Assembly: GCA_052327205.1 (NCBI GenBank)
Contig: CM126206.1
Span: 165,044,001-165,108,000 of the forward strand
Direction: 5' to 3'
DNA from: Somniosus microcephalus
Lineage: Eukaryota
Length of the DNA: 64,000 bases
Part shown: positions 51,405 through 62,600 of the stretch, in pieces
How positions within the stretch are numbered: the stretch's first letter is position 1
Layout of the letters: the number at the start of each line of letters is the position of its first letter
Notes under the pieces: generated by a model
Told to the model about the DNA's origin: nothing
The model's input: the letters and a program-made list of their open reading frames with translations, nothing else
Database searches by the model: none
Translations under genes and position numbers: made by a program

Positions 51405-53741
51405 GTAAGAATTAGGAGCAGGAGTTGGCCATACGGCCCCTCGAGCCTGCTCCGCCATTCAATAAGATCATGGCTGACCTTTGACCTCAACTGCACTTTT
51501 CCCACCCTATCTCCATATCCCAGGATTCCCCTAGAGTCCAAAAATCTATCTATCTCAGCCTTGAATGTACTCAACGACTGAGCATCCACAGCCCTTTGGG
51601 GTAGAGAATTCCAAAGATTCACAACCTTCTGCATGAAGAAATTCCTCCTTATCTCAGTCTTAAATGGCCGCCCCCTTATCCTGATTCTATGCCCCCTAGT
51701 TCCAGAATCTCCAGCAGGGGAAACAACATCTCAGCATCTACCCTGTCAATCCCCTTAAGGATCTTATATGTTTCAATGAGATCACCTCTCATTCTTCTAA
51801 ACTCCAGAGAACATAGGCCCAATCTACTCAATCTCTCCTCATAGCACAACCCTCTCATCCCAGGAATCAATCTAGTGAACCTTCTTTGCACTATCTCTAA
51901 GGCAAGTATATCCTTCCTCAGATAAGGAGACCAAAATTGTGCACAGTACTACAGGTGTGGTCTCACCAAAGCCCTATACAATTGTAGAAATATCTCCTTA
52001 CTCTTGTAGTCCAACCTCCTTGCAATGGAGGCCAACATGCTGTTTGCCTTCCGAACTGCTTGCTGTACCTGCATGCTAACTCTCTGGGGGAGAAATTCGG
52101 TTGATAGCGCCACCGATTAACGCCTAAAGAGGCTGAGAAGTGGGGTGCTAGCCAATTTCCGGGCGGGCGCAAGACGCCTAGCGCCTCGCCCCATATTGAG
52201 CATGCATTTAGCGCCAGCGCTAAATCTTAGCGCCCGCTCATGGGCGCAGGCTGATTATGACGCCATTTGAGTGTGCAACGCCTTTTGGGCGCCCCGGACC
52301 GGAAATTCAGTGGCGCCCCCCTCCGTAGCGCCTGGCGCTAATAGTGACAGCTTACCTGGGCCTTACCAAGTCGCTCTCGGGCTGGAGGAGCGTTATTTAA
52401 AGGGGACTGGTGTGGTTTAAAAGCGGCAGCCATTTTTGGATCACAACTTCTTCGAGAGCTACAAAGAGTTGCTGAGCTGCACACTGAGAGCCATTTGACC
52501 ACTGAGCCAGCGCAGGCAGACGATCTTCAGCCTTCTGACCATCACCTTGCTGTTGGTGAGCCTTGACAACGGGGAACCTTCCTGTGGGCACTTATTATGG
52601 GGGCTGCATTGGAGGGGAACGTCCTGCTGCTGAATCATTTGGAAAGGGCACTGAGACACAGGGAGAGGGGGGACGGGCATGGCCAGACGGAGGAGGGCCA
52701 ACGGATGTCGCCACAGCAGACCTTACGCTGGCAGGGTTATCCGACAGCAGTTTTCCTACATGAACATGCCGGAGGAGCAGCGTGTCAGAAGGCTGCGATT
52801 TAGAAAGGAGGTGGTGACTGAGCTGTGCCAGCTGCTTCAGCCAGATCTGCAGCCTCAGATAAGGTGCAGGACATCTCTGTCGGCGGCTGAGAAGATGGCT
52901 GCTGGCCTGAACTTCTATGCGAGCGGCTCTTCTCAGGCTGCATGTCAGAGGCTGATCAGAAGTAGCTTCTAGGCCCCTCTCACGGAATGCTTGCTGCCAT
53001 TCCAAGAACAGGAATGGAACCGGTCTGATACCCCCAAGCCTGTGAAGGGCAAGATGCATGTAAATAGCAGGCATGGCCATTGTAAATGAAGAAAGTGTTT
53101 CATTACACAAAATGTGGTTCCTTCAAACATGAGAAAGCTATGGCAACAGAAAGCAAAACTAATACACTGACACATAACTGTTTCTCACACCCGGGAGACT
53201 GTCCAAAACATAAATCACATTCCGACCATCTTCCTTGGCCTTGATTCCACTGCGCCAACCAAAGCATCCAATGCCCCATCAGTGAGGCGTTCCGCCCTCT
53301 GCCTCACCCTTTCCATGTCTTGCTAGGCTGGTGTGCCACAGGTAGGCTCCCACCACTTTGAAGGCCTACAAGGCAGTGAGTGTGTCTGGTGATGCCAATT
53401 GACCTGCCCCTTTAAGAGCTGGCCGGCGCCACTGTGTCTGAGGGAAAGTGATTATTGACAGCACCCTCGCTGCGCCCCGCCGCCGCGAAATTGGGTTGCG
53501 CCGCCGGGTTAGCGCCTTGAGAGTAGCGTGCAGCGCCTGATTTAGCCTTTAGGGGCGCTGCAACCCAATATCGCGCTAGGTGGCGCTAAATTGCGCCTAG
53601 TGCTAAACTTTGCGCATCGCCAGCACTAGCGCCCCAAACGCGGCTATACCGAATTTCTAGGCCTCTGTGTTTCCTGCAAGAGTACACCTAAATTTCTCTG
53701 AACAACAACATTTAATAGTTTCTCACCATTTAAAAAATATT
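51405..53741 (-). mobile_element. CR1 3' fragment hosting two Harbinger insertions
   Basis: QRRFTRLIPGMRGLCYEERLSRLGL; resumes at 53664-53741 (EYFLNGEKLLNV). Confidence 0.88.
52086..53663. mobile_element. Harbinger element D (1.6-kb deletion derivative) with transposase and Myb 5' stubs
   Basis: TIRs GGGGGAGAAATTCGG / CCGAATTTCTAGGCC; exact TSD TCT; + stub RVIRQQFSYMNMPEEQRVRRLRFRKEVVTELCQLL...LNFYASGS; - stub from 53316 MERVRQRAERLTDGALDALVGAVESR. Confidence 0.9.
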
Positions 53742-54194
53742 GGCCTAGAAATTTGATATTGTGGCGGAGCCACCAGGGAGACTCTGATCTAATATACATA
53801 ATTATCTTTAACAAATTATTAGCTACAGAATGAATCTGTATCTTTGTTCATATCATTGCATGTACATAGCGCGGTCCCTTTAAGAATGAGACCAAACACG
53901 ATGACGTCATCACGTTGATCACGTGATCCTCCAGCGGCGGGAAAACGTGATGACGTCATGACGTCAGGCTGGGGAGCTGCCCTAGTCAGTCCTCGTGGAG
54001 CCAGCAAAGAGTACAGACCTGTAATGTAGTTCTCCTGTGTTTTCGTTTTAAACTCTGTTGATTAGTATTAAACATCGTTTGTTTGACACACTGACTCGAC
54101 CTCAGTCCTTTAGTTAGGAATCTAGCCATTCCTACAGTGGTGACCCCGAATTATCGTGAACAGTTTTTGCGGAAGAAGCGAAGCGCGATGAAAC

Positions 54195-54869
54195 ATGGAA
54201 GCGAACTCCGTGGCTTTGAAGCTCCCACAGTTTTGGGAACAACAGGCGGCCTCCTGGTTCGTCCAAGCAGAAGCACAATTCGATCTCCGAAACATCGTTG
54301 TGGACCAGACCCATTACCTTTATGTGGTCTCCGCACTCGACAGCTCCACGGCCTCACGGATCATCAGCCTGCTCGAAAACCCCCCGGTTGACAGCAAGTA
54401 CAATACTCTCAAAGCGCGGTTAATAGAGGTCTTCGGGCTCACGAAGGCGGAGCGTGCTCGCCGGCTACTCGCTTTGCCCGGGCTTGGCAATTCCAAGCCA
54501 TCTGAGTTAATGAGCCAGATGCTCACGCTCCTTGGCTCAGAACCACAATGTTTCCTCTTTCAGGAGTTATTCCTGAGTCAACTACCCGAGCAGGTTCAGG
54601 CTGCCCTCGCCAGATCGGAAGCCACAGATTGCGCGTCACTTGCTGCAGAAGCAGATACGATTTATGCGGTCACGCAGCAATCCTGCGCTGCCACGAGGCA
54701 CCCCTCCCCCGCGAACGCCGCCCCGACGCCTCCATCCCCCGGCTTGTGTTTTTACCACGCCCGTTTCGGCGCGAAAGCCAGAGGCTGCCGCCCTCACTGC
54801 AGTTTCGTGCCTAAAAAAAAACCGACATCAACACCAGCAGCAACTCCAGAAAAGGAGGACCGAGTCTGA
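54195..54869 (+). CDS. CsRN1-type Gag
   Basis: KLPQFWEQQAASWFVQAEAQF...; CFYHARFGAKARGCRPHCSF (CHCC knuckle). Confidence 0.88.
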   Translation: MEANSVALKLPQFWEQQAASWFVQAEAQFDLRNIVVDQTHYLYVVSALDSSTASRIISLLENPPVDSKYNTLKARLIEVFGLTKAERARRLLALPGLGNSKPSELMSQMLTLLGSEPQCFLFQELFLSQLPEQVQAALARSEATDCASLAAEADTIYAVTQQSCAATRHPSPANAAPTPPSPGLCFYHARFGAKARGCRPHCSFVPKKKPTSTPAATPEKEDRV

Positions 54870-57800
54870 GGGACGTTCCGTGGCCGCGATGGCAATTGGA
54901 AATACCGGGAAGCTCCTCTACATTACAGATTCCTTCTCAGGCCGGCGCTTTTTAAGCGACACCGGGGCGCAGTGTAGCATCCTTCCTGCCTCAGCACTCG
55001 ATATTCAGTCTGGGATGCACGGCCTCTCCCTCGTGGCAGCTAATGGCGGGGCCATTCGTTCCTTTGGCAAACGGCGGGTCCAGGTGTGCTTCGGCGGGCA
55101 ACGGTTTCAGTGGGAATTTATTACAGCCAAGGTTTCGCAAGCCATCCTCGGCGCGGATTTCTTATGCGCCAACAGCTTCTTGTTGGATATAAGAAATCGT
55201 CGATTGGTCAACACGGCCACCTTCCACTCCATCCCTTGCTTCCGCAGTTCCGCAACGTCGCACACTGTCTCCTGCGCGTTGTCCTCGCCGGACGAGTTCA
55301 CTCACCTATTAGGTGAATTCCCGGAGCTGACCAAGCCCACTTTCTCCTCCTCGGCCACTAAGCATGGTGTCGAACACCACATTACTACGACTGGCTCTCC
55401 GGTTTACGCGTGAGCTCGGCGCGTGGAACCCGGCAAGCTCGCGGCTGCGAAGGCAGAGTTTGCCACGATGTAACGGCTGGGGATTATTCGCCGGTCGAAT
55501 AGTCCCTAGTCCTCACCTCTCCACATCGTCCCGAAGCCCGGCGGTGGCTGGCGGCCATGCGGGGACTACCGACGCCTTAATGACGCCACTACTCCCGATC
55601 GGTACCCGATCCCGCATATACAGGATTTCTCCGCCCATTTGGCGGGAAACTCAATCTTCTCTAAGGTCGACCTCGTCCGTGGCTACCACCAAGTTCTTGT
55701 ACACCCGCAGGACATCCTGAAAATGGCTGTCATCGCTCCCTTTGGACTGTTCGAGTTTCTACGGATGCCATTTGGGCTCAAGAACGCCGCACAGGCTTTT
55801 CAACGACTAATGGACTCGGTCCTGCGGGATCTTCCCTTTTTATTTGTCTACCTTGACGACATCCTGATAGCCAGCTCTACCAAAGAGGAACACGTCTGCC
55901 ATCTCTGCACCCTCTTTCGGCGCCTCAGCCAACATGGCCTCATAATCAACCCGGCCAAGTGTCAGTTCGGCCTACAACAGAGTGACTTTTTGGGCGACCG
56001 CATTACTTCGGAGGGCGCAATTCCGCTGCAGTCAAAGGTCGAAGCAATTACGGCATTCCCAAGGCCGCAGTCCACCAAGGCTCTTCAAGAATTCCTGGGC
56101 ATGGTGAATTTCTACCACCACTTTGTGCCCAAGGCAGCACGACTCATGCAGCCCCTCTATGAGGCCCTCAAAGGCAAGGCCGGAAAGGATACAATAGCCT
56201 GGACGGTCGAAATGGACAACGCTTTCGACAACACAAAAACCGCTCTAGCTAATGCAGCTATGTTGGCGCACCCTCTGCCAGGTGCCACCATCGCCCTTAC
56301 CACCGACGCTTCCAACTATGCCATAGGCGCTGTGCAGGAACAGTGGGTCAATGGGACGTGGCAACCACTGGCATTTTTCAGCCACCAACTCCGGCGCAAC
56401 AAATGCAAATATAGCACTTTCGACCGGGAGTTGCTGGCGCTGTTCCTGGCTATCCACCATTTCCATTTTTTGTTAGAAGGACGTCCCTTCACTGCGTTTG
56501 TAGATCACAAACCACTGACCTTTGCCATGGCCAAGACCGCCGAACCGTGGTCGGCTCGACAGCAGCGACAGCTAACTTTCATTTCAGAATTCACGACAGA
56601 CGTCCAACATGTAGCTGGCAAGGACAACTTGGTAGCTGATTGCCTTTCTCGTGCGACCGTACGGGCGGTCCAGCTGAGCATCGATTATGCCCTCATGGTT
56701 ACCGATCAGGCATCTGACCCTGAAACGCAGGCGTATCGCACCGACACCTCTAGCCTCCAACCGACCGATGTACAATTCCACGCAGCAGGCACCTCGTTAC
56801 TCTGCGATGTCTCCATGGGAGATCCCCGCCCGATCGTTCCAGTCGCCTGGCGCCGCAAAGTTTTCGACGCCATACATGGGCTTTCGCATCCTGGCGTGAA
56901 GGCATCTCAAAAATTAATGTCGGCTAAGTTCGTCTGGAGAGGAATGTGTAAGGATATCCGCGACTGGGCTAACACCTGCGTCGTCTGTCAAACGTCTAAG
57001 GTGCAACGTCACGTTAAGGCCCCATTGGCCACGCTCGCAGTACCAGAACGTCGATTCGACCATGTCAGCGTGGACCTCGTCGGGCCGCTTCCACTGTCGC
57101 AGAGGTTCACACACATCCTCACCATGGTCGATCGTACTACTAGATGGCCAGAGGCAGTTCCTCTGGCGTCTACTACATCCGCTGATGTCGCCAGAGCATT
57201 CCTCTCCTCGTGGGTCGCATGTTTCGGCGTTCTGGTGGACATTTCTTCAGACCGCGGTCCACAGTTCTCTTCCGAGCTCTGGAACGCTGTGGCCCAGGGT
57301 CTCGGCACCAAGCTTCACTGCACCACGGCCTATCACCCGCAAGCAAACGGTTTGTGCGAACTTTTCCACAGATCGTTAAAGGCATCGCTGAGGGCCAGCC
57401 CAAGGCGCCAGATGGGTGGATAAGCTTCCGTGGGTCATGTTGGGTCTCCGCACGGCACCCAAAGAGGACCTGCAATCGTCCGCCGCGGAGCTCGTGTATG
57501 GCCAGCCACTCCGCGTACCGGGAGATTCCCTGCCGCTTCCAACTGAGCCATGGTCCGCAGCCGAACAACTCAGCAGTCACCAGGAAACAGCTAGGGCTTT
57601 TGCGCCTATCCCAACTTCGCATCACGGCCTTCCATCTTCACACGTACCAGCGGAGCTAAAGAATGCTGAATTTGTATTCATTCGTCATGATGCTCATAGG
57701 GATCCGCTCAAGGCCCCTTACACAGGCCCTTTTCACGTACTGGAGACAGGCGACAAGAGTTTCTCTGTAGACATCGGTGGTAAACCCGACCACATATCCA

Positions 57801-58048
57801 ATGAACATCTCAAACCGGCACACCTGGACATCGACCGGCCAGTAGAGACTGCACAGCCACCACGACGTGGTCGACCTCCCGCTGCATCCACACCAGACCG
57901 AAGGCTTCCATCCGCCAGCCCGCCCGCTGTTCAACAACGTCCACTCCAAGAATACAGGAGTCGCTCTGACAGGCTTGTCAGACCTCCTAGTCGATTGACT
58001 TTTACTGTTAAAGACAATTCTGGGGGGGCGCATGTGGCGGAGCCATGA
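54870..58048 (+). pseudogene. Gypsy Pol (protease, RT, RNase H, integrase) with in-frame stops near 55411-55510 and a frameshift near 57400
   Basis: [39 protein letters not shown]...CVVCQ, SDRGPQF, APYTGPF. Confidence 0.92.
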
Positions 58049-58713
58049 GGGGGACTCTGATCTATGTACATAATTATCTTTAACAAATTATTAGCTACAG
58101 AATGAATCTGTATCTTTGTTCATATCATTGCATGTACATAGCGCGGTCCCTTTAAGAATGAGACCAAACGCGATGACGTCATCACGTTGATCACGTGATC
58201 CTCCAGCGGCGGGAAAATGTGATGACGTCATGACGTCAGGCTGGGGAGCTGCCCTAGTCAGTCATCGTGGAGCCAGCAAAGAGTACAGACCTGTAATGTA
58301 GTTCTCCTGTGTTTTCGTTTTAAACTCTGTTGATTAGTATTAAACATTGTTTGTTTGATAGACTGACTCGACCTCAGTCCTTTAGTTAGGAATCTAGCCA
58401 TTCCTACAATATGGCTGAAAACGGGCGGTTTCACCGCTGGGCGAGATTTGCTTGCACCCATTTAGAAAGCGCAGCCAGCACGTTATTTTGGTGCTGCCTG
58501 CTGGTTTTAACGATTTTAACACACAGCCCAGTGAGGAACGCGCTGCTTCAGGCTGTGCGCTCAGCAGGAGGTCCAATGTTGTGTTGCTGTAGAGCCCCTG
58601 GAGTGAGGCTGCATTCTCTTAAAGCAAGGTTGTCATTGTTGAAAGCAGTCTTGAGTCCTTAAAGGTGCACTGCCTTCTGGAAAAAAACATCATTCAAAAT
58701 AGGCAGTCTATAG

Positions 58714-58871
58714 CAATGTTCCCTGTAATTTTTTTTGCATCCCCCTTTAAGGGGTTGTGCGGCCCATTCAAATTACTGTGCAGGCGCTGTTTTTGACATT
58801 AGAACGCCATGGAGTCGGCTGCACGGGATCTGCAGGTCGCTGTGCGGCCATGCAGCTAAATGGGAACATTG
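58714..58871. mobile_element. hAT-family MITE (158 bp)
   Basis: TIRs CAATGTTCCC / GGGAACATTG; 8-bp TSD GTCTATAG / GTCTCTAG. Confidence 0.85.
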
Positions 58872-59662
58872 GTCTCTAGCCCTTAAAGCTCAACTGCTTT
58901 CTGAAAAAAACACTTTAAAAGTCATTCCAAACCAGGCAGTCTGCAGCTCTTAAAGCTGAACTGCCTTCTGCACATAAAAAATGGTAAAAATGCTCCAGCA
59001 CTGACACAAATGACTCAACAGGCCAGGGATAGGGTACCCAGGGTCTCGCATGCAGCACTCCAGCTTTGTGCAGGGGGTCAACACTGGAAGAGAGGTCCTC
59101 TACCCACAGGGGCCCAAGAAGCCCTCCAGAAAGAACGATGTGGGACCAGATAGCCGAGGCTGTCAATGCCAGCAGTGTCGCCCTCAGGACCTGGCTCCAA
59201 TGCCCAAAGAAGTTTCACGACCTCAGACCAGTGGTCAAGGTCAGTGAATGCATCTTCAAAAGCCATCTCCTACCAACTGCACCACTAACCCCACACGCTG
59301 CTCAATGCAAGACCTCACCCCTGCTTTACTCACCTACCACCAATCTCTACCAAACATGAGGCACATCTCATATTCCTAACCTGCCCAGCCAGTGGTTAAC
59401 CAAGAAGGGAGACAGGAGAGTGAAGAAGAAGAACAAACACAGTTACTCGATTTGACATTCCCAGCCACCAGTTCCTCAAGGTCGCCCTGCAAGGTCATTT
59501 GCAGTGTCCCCAACTGAAAGTCAGCAGCCTTCCACCAGCTCTGCTGTAGCCACTGGGGCAGCACTCTGTGACATCACTAGAATAGGATAGGCACATGCAA
59601 GACAGTCACTAAGGGAATGCACAAGAATGATTAGTTGATTTCTTGACATAATATTGGATGCA

Positions 59663-62600
59663 TCTATCTATATCTATATATATAAAGGAATCGATCTGTC
59701 TGTCTATCTGTCTGTCCTTCTGTCTGTCCTTCTGTCTGTCTGTCCTCACGTGTGCGTCTGTCCGGCTATGCGCTCGAAAGTTATAGAGCGTACCTATGCG
59801 CGCGTTACCTCCGAAGAAAGCTTACCCCAAAGCCTGGCACTCGATTTAAACCGCCCGGCCCAAAACAGCCCTGGCAAAGCCGGGCTCCCCCCAGCTATAT
59901 CTCTATATATCTATAAATAAAGCGGTACTTCTGTCCGTCTGTCTGTCTGTCTGTCTGTCTGTCTGGCTATACACTCTCAAGTTATAGAGCGTACCTACAC
60001 GTGCGTCATATCAAAAGAAAGCTTACGATTCCAGAACGGTCATAAGCGTATTTACGTTTCGGTGAGACAAAAATTGCGCCCGTGGTATCCAAAAAACGTT
60101 CAAAATTCCGCTCATTACCCGCTCATTAGCATCGAGTGACGTTGAGGTCGACCAATCGTATGGTCGCGCGACCCGACGGTCGACCAATCGCTGCGTCGCG
60201 GGTGCGGGCGGGCCCTCCTACAGTCGATTGACAGGACGATTGACCAATCCTACGCTTCAGTGACATGACGGTTGACCAATCGGTGCGTGTGTGGGCGGGC
60301 CTTATCCTTCTGAACCGAGGTGCGTGGCCGCCATCTTGATTCCAAACTGTTCATTTCTTTTTCCCACTTTCTGCGTGTTTCTTTTCAAATCTACATTTCC
60401 AGCAAAAAAAAATTGCTTTTATTAAATTGTTTTAAAAAAAAGTTAATTCATTTGTAAATATTTTCTCTAACCTGATTCTTTTTCTTACCTTTCTCCGTTT
60501 TTGTAAGGCCTCAAAGCCTGGGCCTCTCCTGCCCAGCCACGCCCGAGCTAGGTAATTGTCCCACGGCTTGTGGTAAGCTCCTCTTCCCCCCCCACAGTCT
60601 CCCCCGTCACGTTACCCGGGGCAACGGCGTCGGCCGCGAGGGACACGGGACAGGCACAGGGTGCGCGCGCAGCAGGCGACACACACAAGTCCGAGGCACA
60701 GAGCGCGGGAAGCCAGCAGGTGAGATGCGGCGTCTCTCTCTCTTCCCCGCTCAGCGGTCTTGAAGCCGGTTCGGGCGGGGGGGCGGGGCTCTTGGGAGAG
60801 CGGGGGGCGGGGCTCGGGAGTGCGGGGCGGGGGGGCTCGGGAGTGCGGGGCGGGGCGGCCGGGGCTCGGGAGGGCGGGGGCTCGGAAGTGGGGGAAGGGT
60901 TACCCCGGCAACCGGGCCTGGCCATCTGTCACAGCCTCAAGCCGGCTCACGCCTGTTCCCGAGGCTTGGCTCCATTTCCGCCCGCGGGCCACTCGCCCTC
61001 TCTCTCTCCTTCCCTCTGTGTCTCTCTCTCCTCCTCCCTCCCCACCTTCTCTCCCCCCCTTCTCTCCCCCCTCCCCCCCCACGGTATCCAAAAAACGTTC
61101 AAAATTCCGCTCATTATCCGCTCATTATTCAAAATTCCGCTCATTAGCATCGAGTGACGTGAAGGTCGACCAATCGTACAGGCGAGCGACCCGACAGTCG
61201 ACCAATCGCTGCGTCGCGGGGGGCGGGTTCGTCGCACGTGCGTGCGGGCCGTCCTAGAGTCGAGCGACAGGACGATTGGCCAATCCTACACTTCAGTTAT
61301 CTGACGGTTGACCAATCGGTGCGTGTGTGGGCGGGCCTAATCATTCTGAACCGAGGCGAGTGGCCGCCATCTTGATTCCAAACTCTTCGTTTCTTTTTCA
61401 CGCTTTCTGCGTGTTTCTTTTCAAATCTAAATTTCCAGCAAAAAAAAAGTTGCTTTTAAAACACACATTGTTTTTAAAAAAAGTTAATTAATTTGTACAT
61501 CTTTTCTCTAACCTCTATAATTTTCCTACCTTTCACCGTTTTTGCAGGCCTGGAAGCCTGGGCCTCTGTTGCCCAGCCACGCCTGAGCTAGGCACCGCCC
61601 CTCCCGCTGGGCCCGCCCCGCGGTTGCCGCCATCTTGGTAAAGGCTGGCGGCGCGGGACTGGGCCGAGTGTAGCCATCGTCGCCATTTTGGTAAAGGCTG
61701 GCGGGGCGGGAGGGAGCCTAGCGGGAGGTGAGTTGCGGTCACCACGGGGCTCAGGCTCAGCTGATCGGGCGCTCATCAGGGATTGGCCCGCAACACATCG
61801 ACCGGAGCAGCAGCGGCTCTCTCTCTCCTTCGCCCCCGTGGCTCGGGCGGGGGGCCGTGCTCGGGAGGGCGGGGCTCGGGAGGCCGGTGCTCGGGAGAGC
61901 AGGAAGGGGGGGGAAGGGTAACCCCGGCAACGGGGCTCGGGAGGGCGTGGGGCGGGGTTTGGGAGGCGGGGCTCGGGCTGACCGGGGCGCTGCGCTCGGC
62001 TGGGCCATGTCAGTGCGTGGGGCAGCACGGAGCTCCGCGGAGCCATCGCCGGCAGAGGGGAGAGGGTCTGCTGGCTCCCCCACTCCCTTTCTCCCCCCCC
62101 CCTTTCTCCCTTCCCCCCCTCCCCCCACCCTTCCCCCCACACCCTTCCCACCCCCCCTTTCCCCCCCACACACCCCCTCCCTCCCATCGCGCCCCTCCCC
62201 TCCAACCCCCCCTCCCTCGCTCCAACCCCTCCCCCTCCACTCCCCCTTCCCCACCCCCCTCCACTCCCCCTTCCCCACCCCCCCACCCCCACCCAAACCC
62301 CTTCCCCACACCCCCTCCCCCCTTCCCCTCCCTCCCCCCTTCCCCTCCCTCCCCCTCCCCTCCCCCTCCCCCCAGTCGCTCTCTCTCTTCCCCCCAGTCA
62401 CTCTCTCTCTTCCCCCCAGTCGCTCTCTCTCTTCCCCCCAGTCGCTCTCTCTCTTCCCCCCAGTCGCGCTCTCTCTTCCCCCCAGTCGCTCCCTCTCTTC
62501 CCCAGTCGCTCTCTCTCTTCCCCCCGTCGCTCTCTCTCTTCCCCCCAGTCGCTCTCTCTCTTCCCCCCAGTCGCTCTCTCTCTTCCCCCCAGTCGCTCTC

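Larger units (their letters stand above)
53760..58408 (+). mobile_element. Full-length CsRN1-clade Ty3/Gypsy LTR retrotransposon (defective pol)
   Basis: LTRs 53760-54136 and 58033-58408 (TG...CA; about 10 substitutions and 1 indel by eye); TSD ATAT; PBS TGGTGACCCCGA (54138-54149) complementary to the tRNA-Trp 3' end; G7 PPT at 58022; CHCC gag motif. Confidence 0.96.
53742..59662. mobile_element. Harbinger element E (right end beyond the window); Myb/SANT remnant + (exon 1 59010-59239); host of a Gypsy, a hAT MITE and a Helitron array
   Basis: Left TIR GGCCTAGAAATTTG continues across the Gypsy TSD; MTQQARDRVPRVSHAAL.../MWDQIAEAVNASS...WLQCPKKFHDLRPVVK|GTCAGT. Confidence 0.8.
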
